DNA of 50,632 bases, the filler included, from Streblomastix strix (taxonomy: Eukaryota): the NCBI GenBank assembly GCA_008636045.1. It is 3 parts of 3 records of this genome, joined end to end, with 100 filler letters (N's around TTAATTAATTAA, not from the genome) between each part and the next. Parts side by side here need not be neighbours in the genome. Positions count along the whole stretch, not along the records: positions 33,826 to 50,632 come from SNRW01000765.1; 2 more parts are not named here. One strand, 5' to 3'. This document shows, one piece after another, positions 50,581-50,632 of the stretch. The position numbers and the translations under genes are program-made. The notes below the pieces were generated by a model. That model saw nothing but the letters and a program-made list of their open reading frames with translations. It ran no database searches and was not told where the DNA came from. The first letter of the stretch is position 1. Each line of letters starts with the position of its first letter.

Positions 50581-50632
50581 GTATGTTTTTTAATTAAAAT
50601 TTATTAAAATATATATATATTGAAACTTAACT
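50506..50632 (+). repeat. 127-bp direct terminal repeat, identical to 33826-33952
   Basis: Exact match by inspection. Confidence 0.97.

Overview
This is not one locus. It is three size-sorted contigs (1-16813, 16914-33725, 33826-50632) joined by artificial N44-TTAATTAATTAA-N44 spacers. The source is an AT-rich protist with short GT-AG introns in which TAA/TAG encode Gln and only TGA is a stop (code 6; most consistent with the oxymonad Streblomastix strix, inferred). The supplied ORF track is therefore badly fragmented, and all calls here were re-translated by hand with TAR=Gln. Contig 1 holds the right ~13 kb of a slightly decayed endogenous Polinton/Maverick-type virus: pPolB with an HNH insert, A32-type packaging ATPase, two phage-like fibre proteins, a protein VI-like amphipathic peptide, a putative major capsid protein, small ORFs and an ACTACT terminus. 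A degenerate Sec24-like gene follows it. Contig 2 holds a second, more decayed pPolB, a coiled-coil/helical-repeat gene, a Tc1/mariner-like MITE and a CK1/TTBK kinase. Contig 3 is the most interesting: its ends share a 127-bp direct repeat, so it is a 16,680-bp circle or tandem unit. It carries an intact 2998-codon CRE-like non-LTR RT/RLE ORF with a ~600-aa extension after the endonuclease. On the opposite strand are three intron-containing genes: a Ulp1-like protease with Cys>Ser, a two-finger C2H2 protein spanning the junction, and a coiled-coil protein. It also has an ORF-less multi-intron leader, a structured 5' RNA and a 22-23-bp minisatellite. Together these make a candidate giant multi-gene retroelement.
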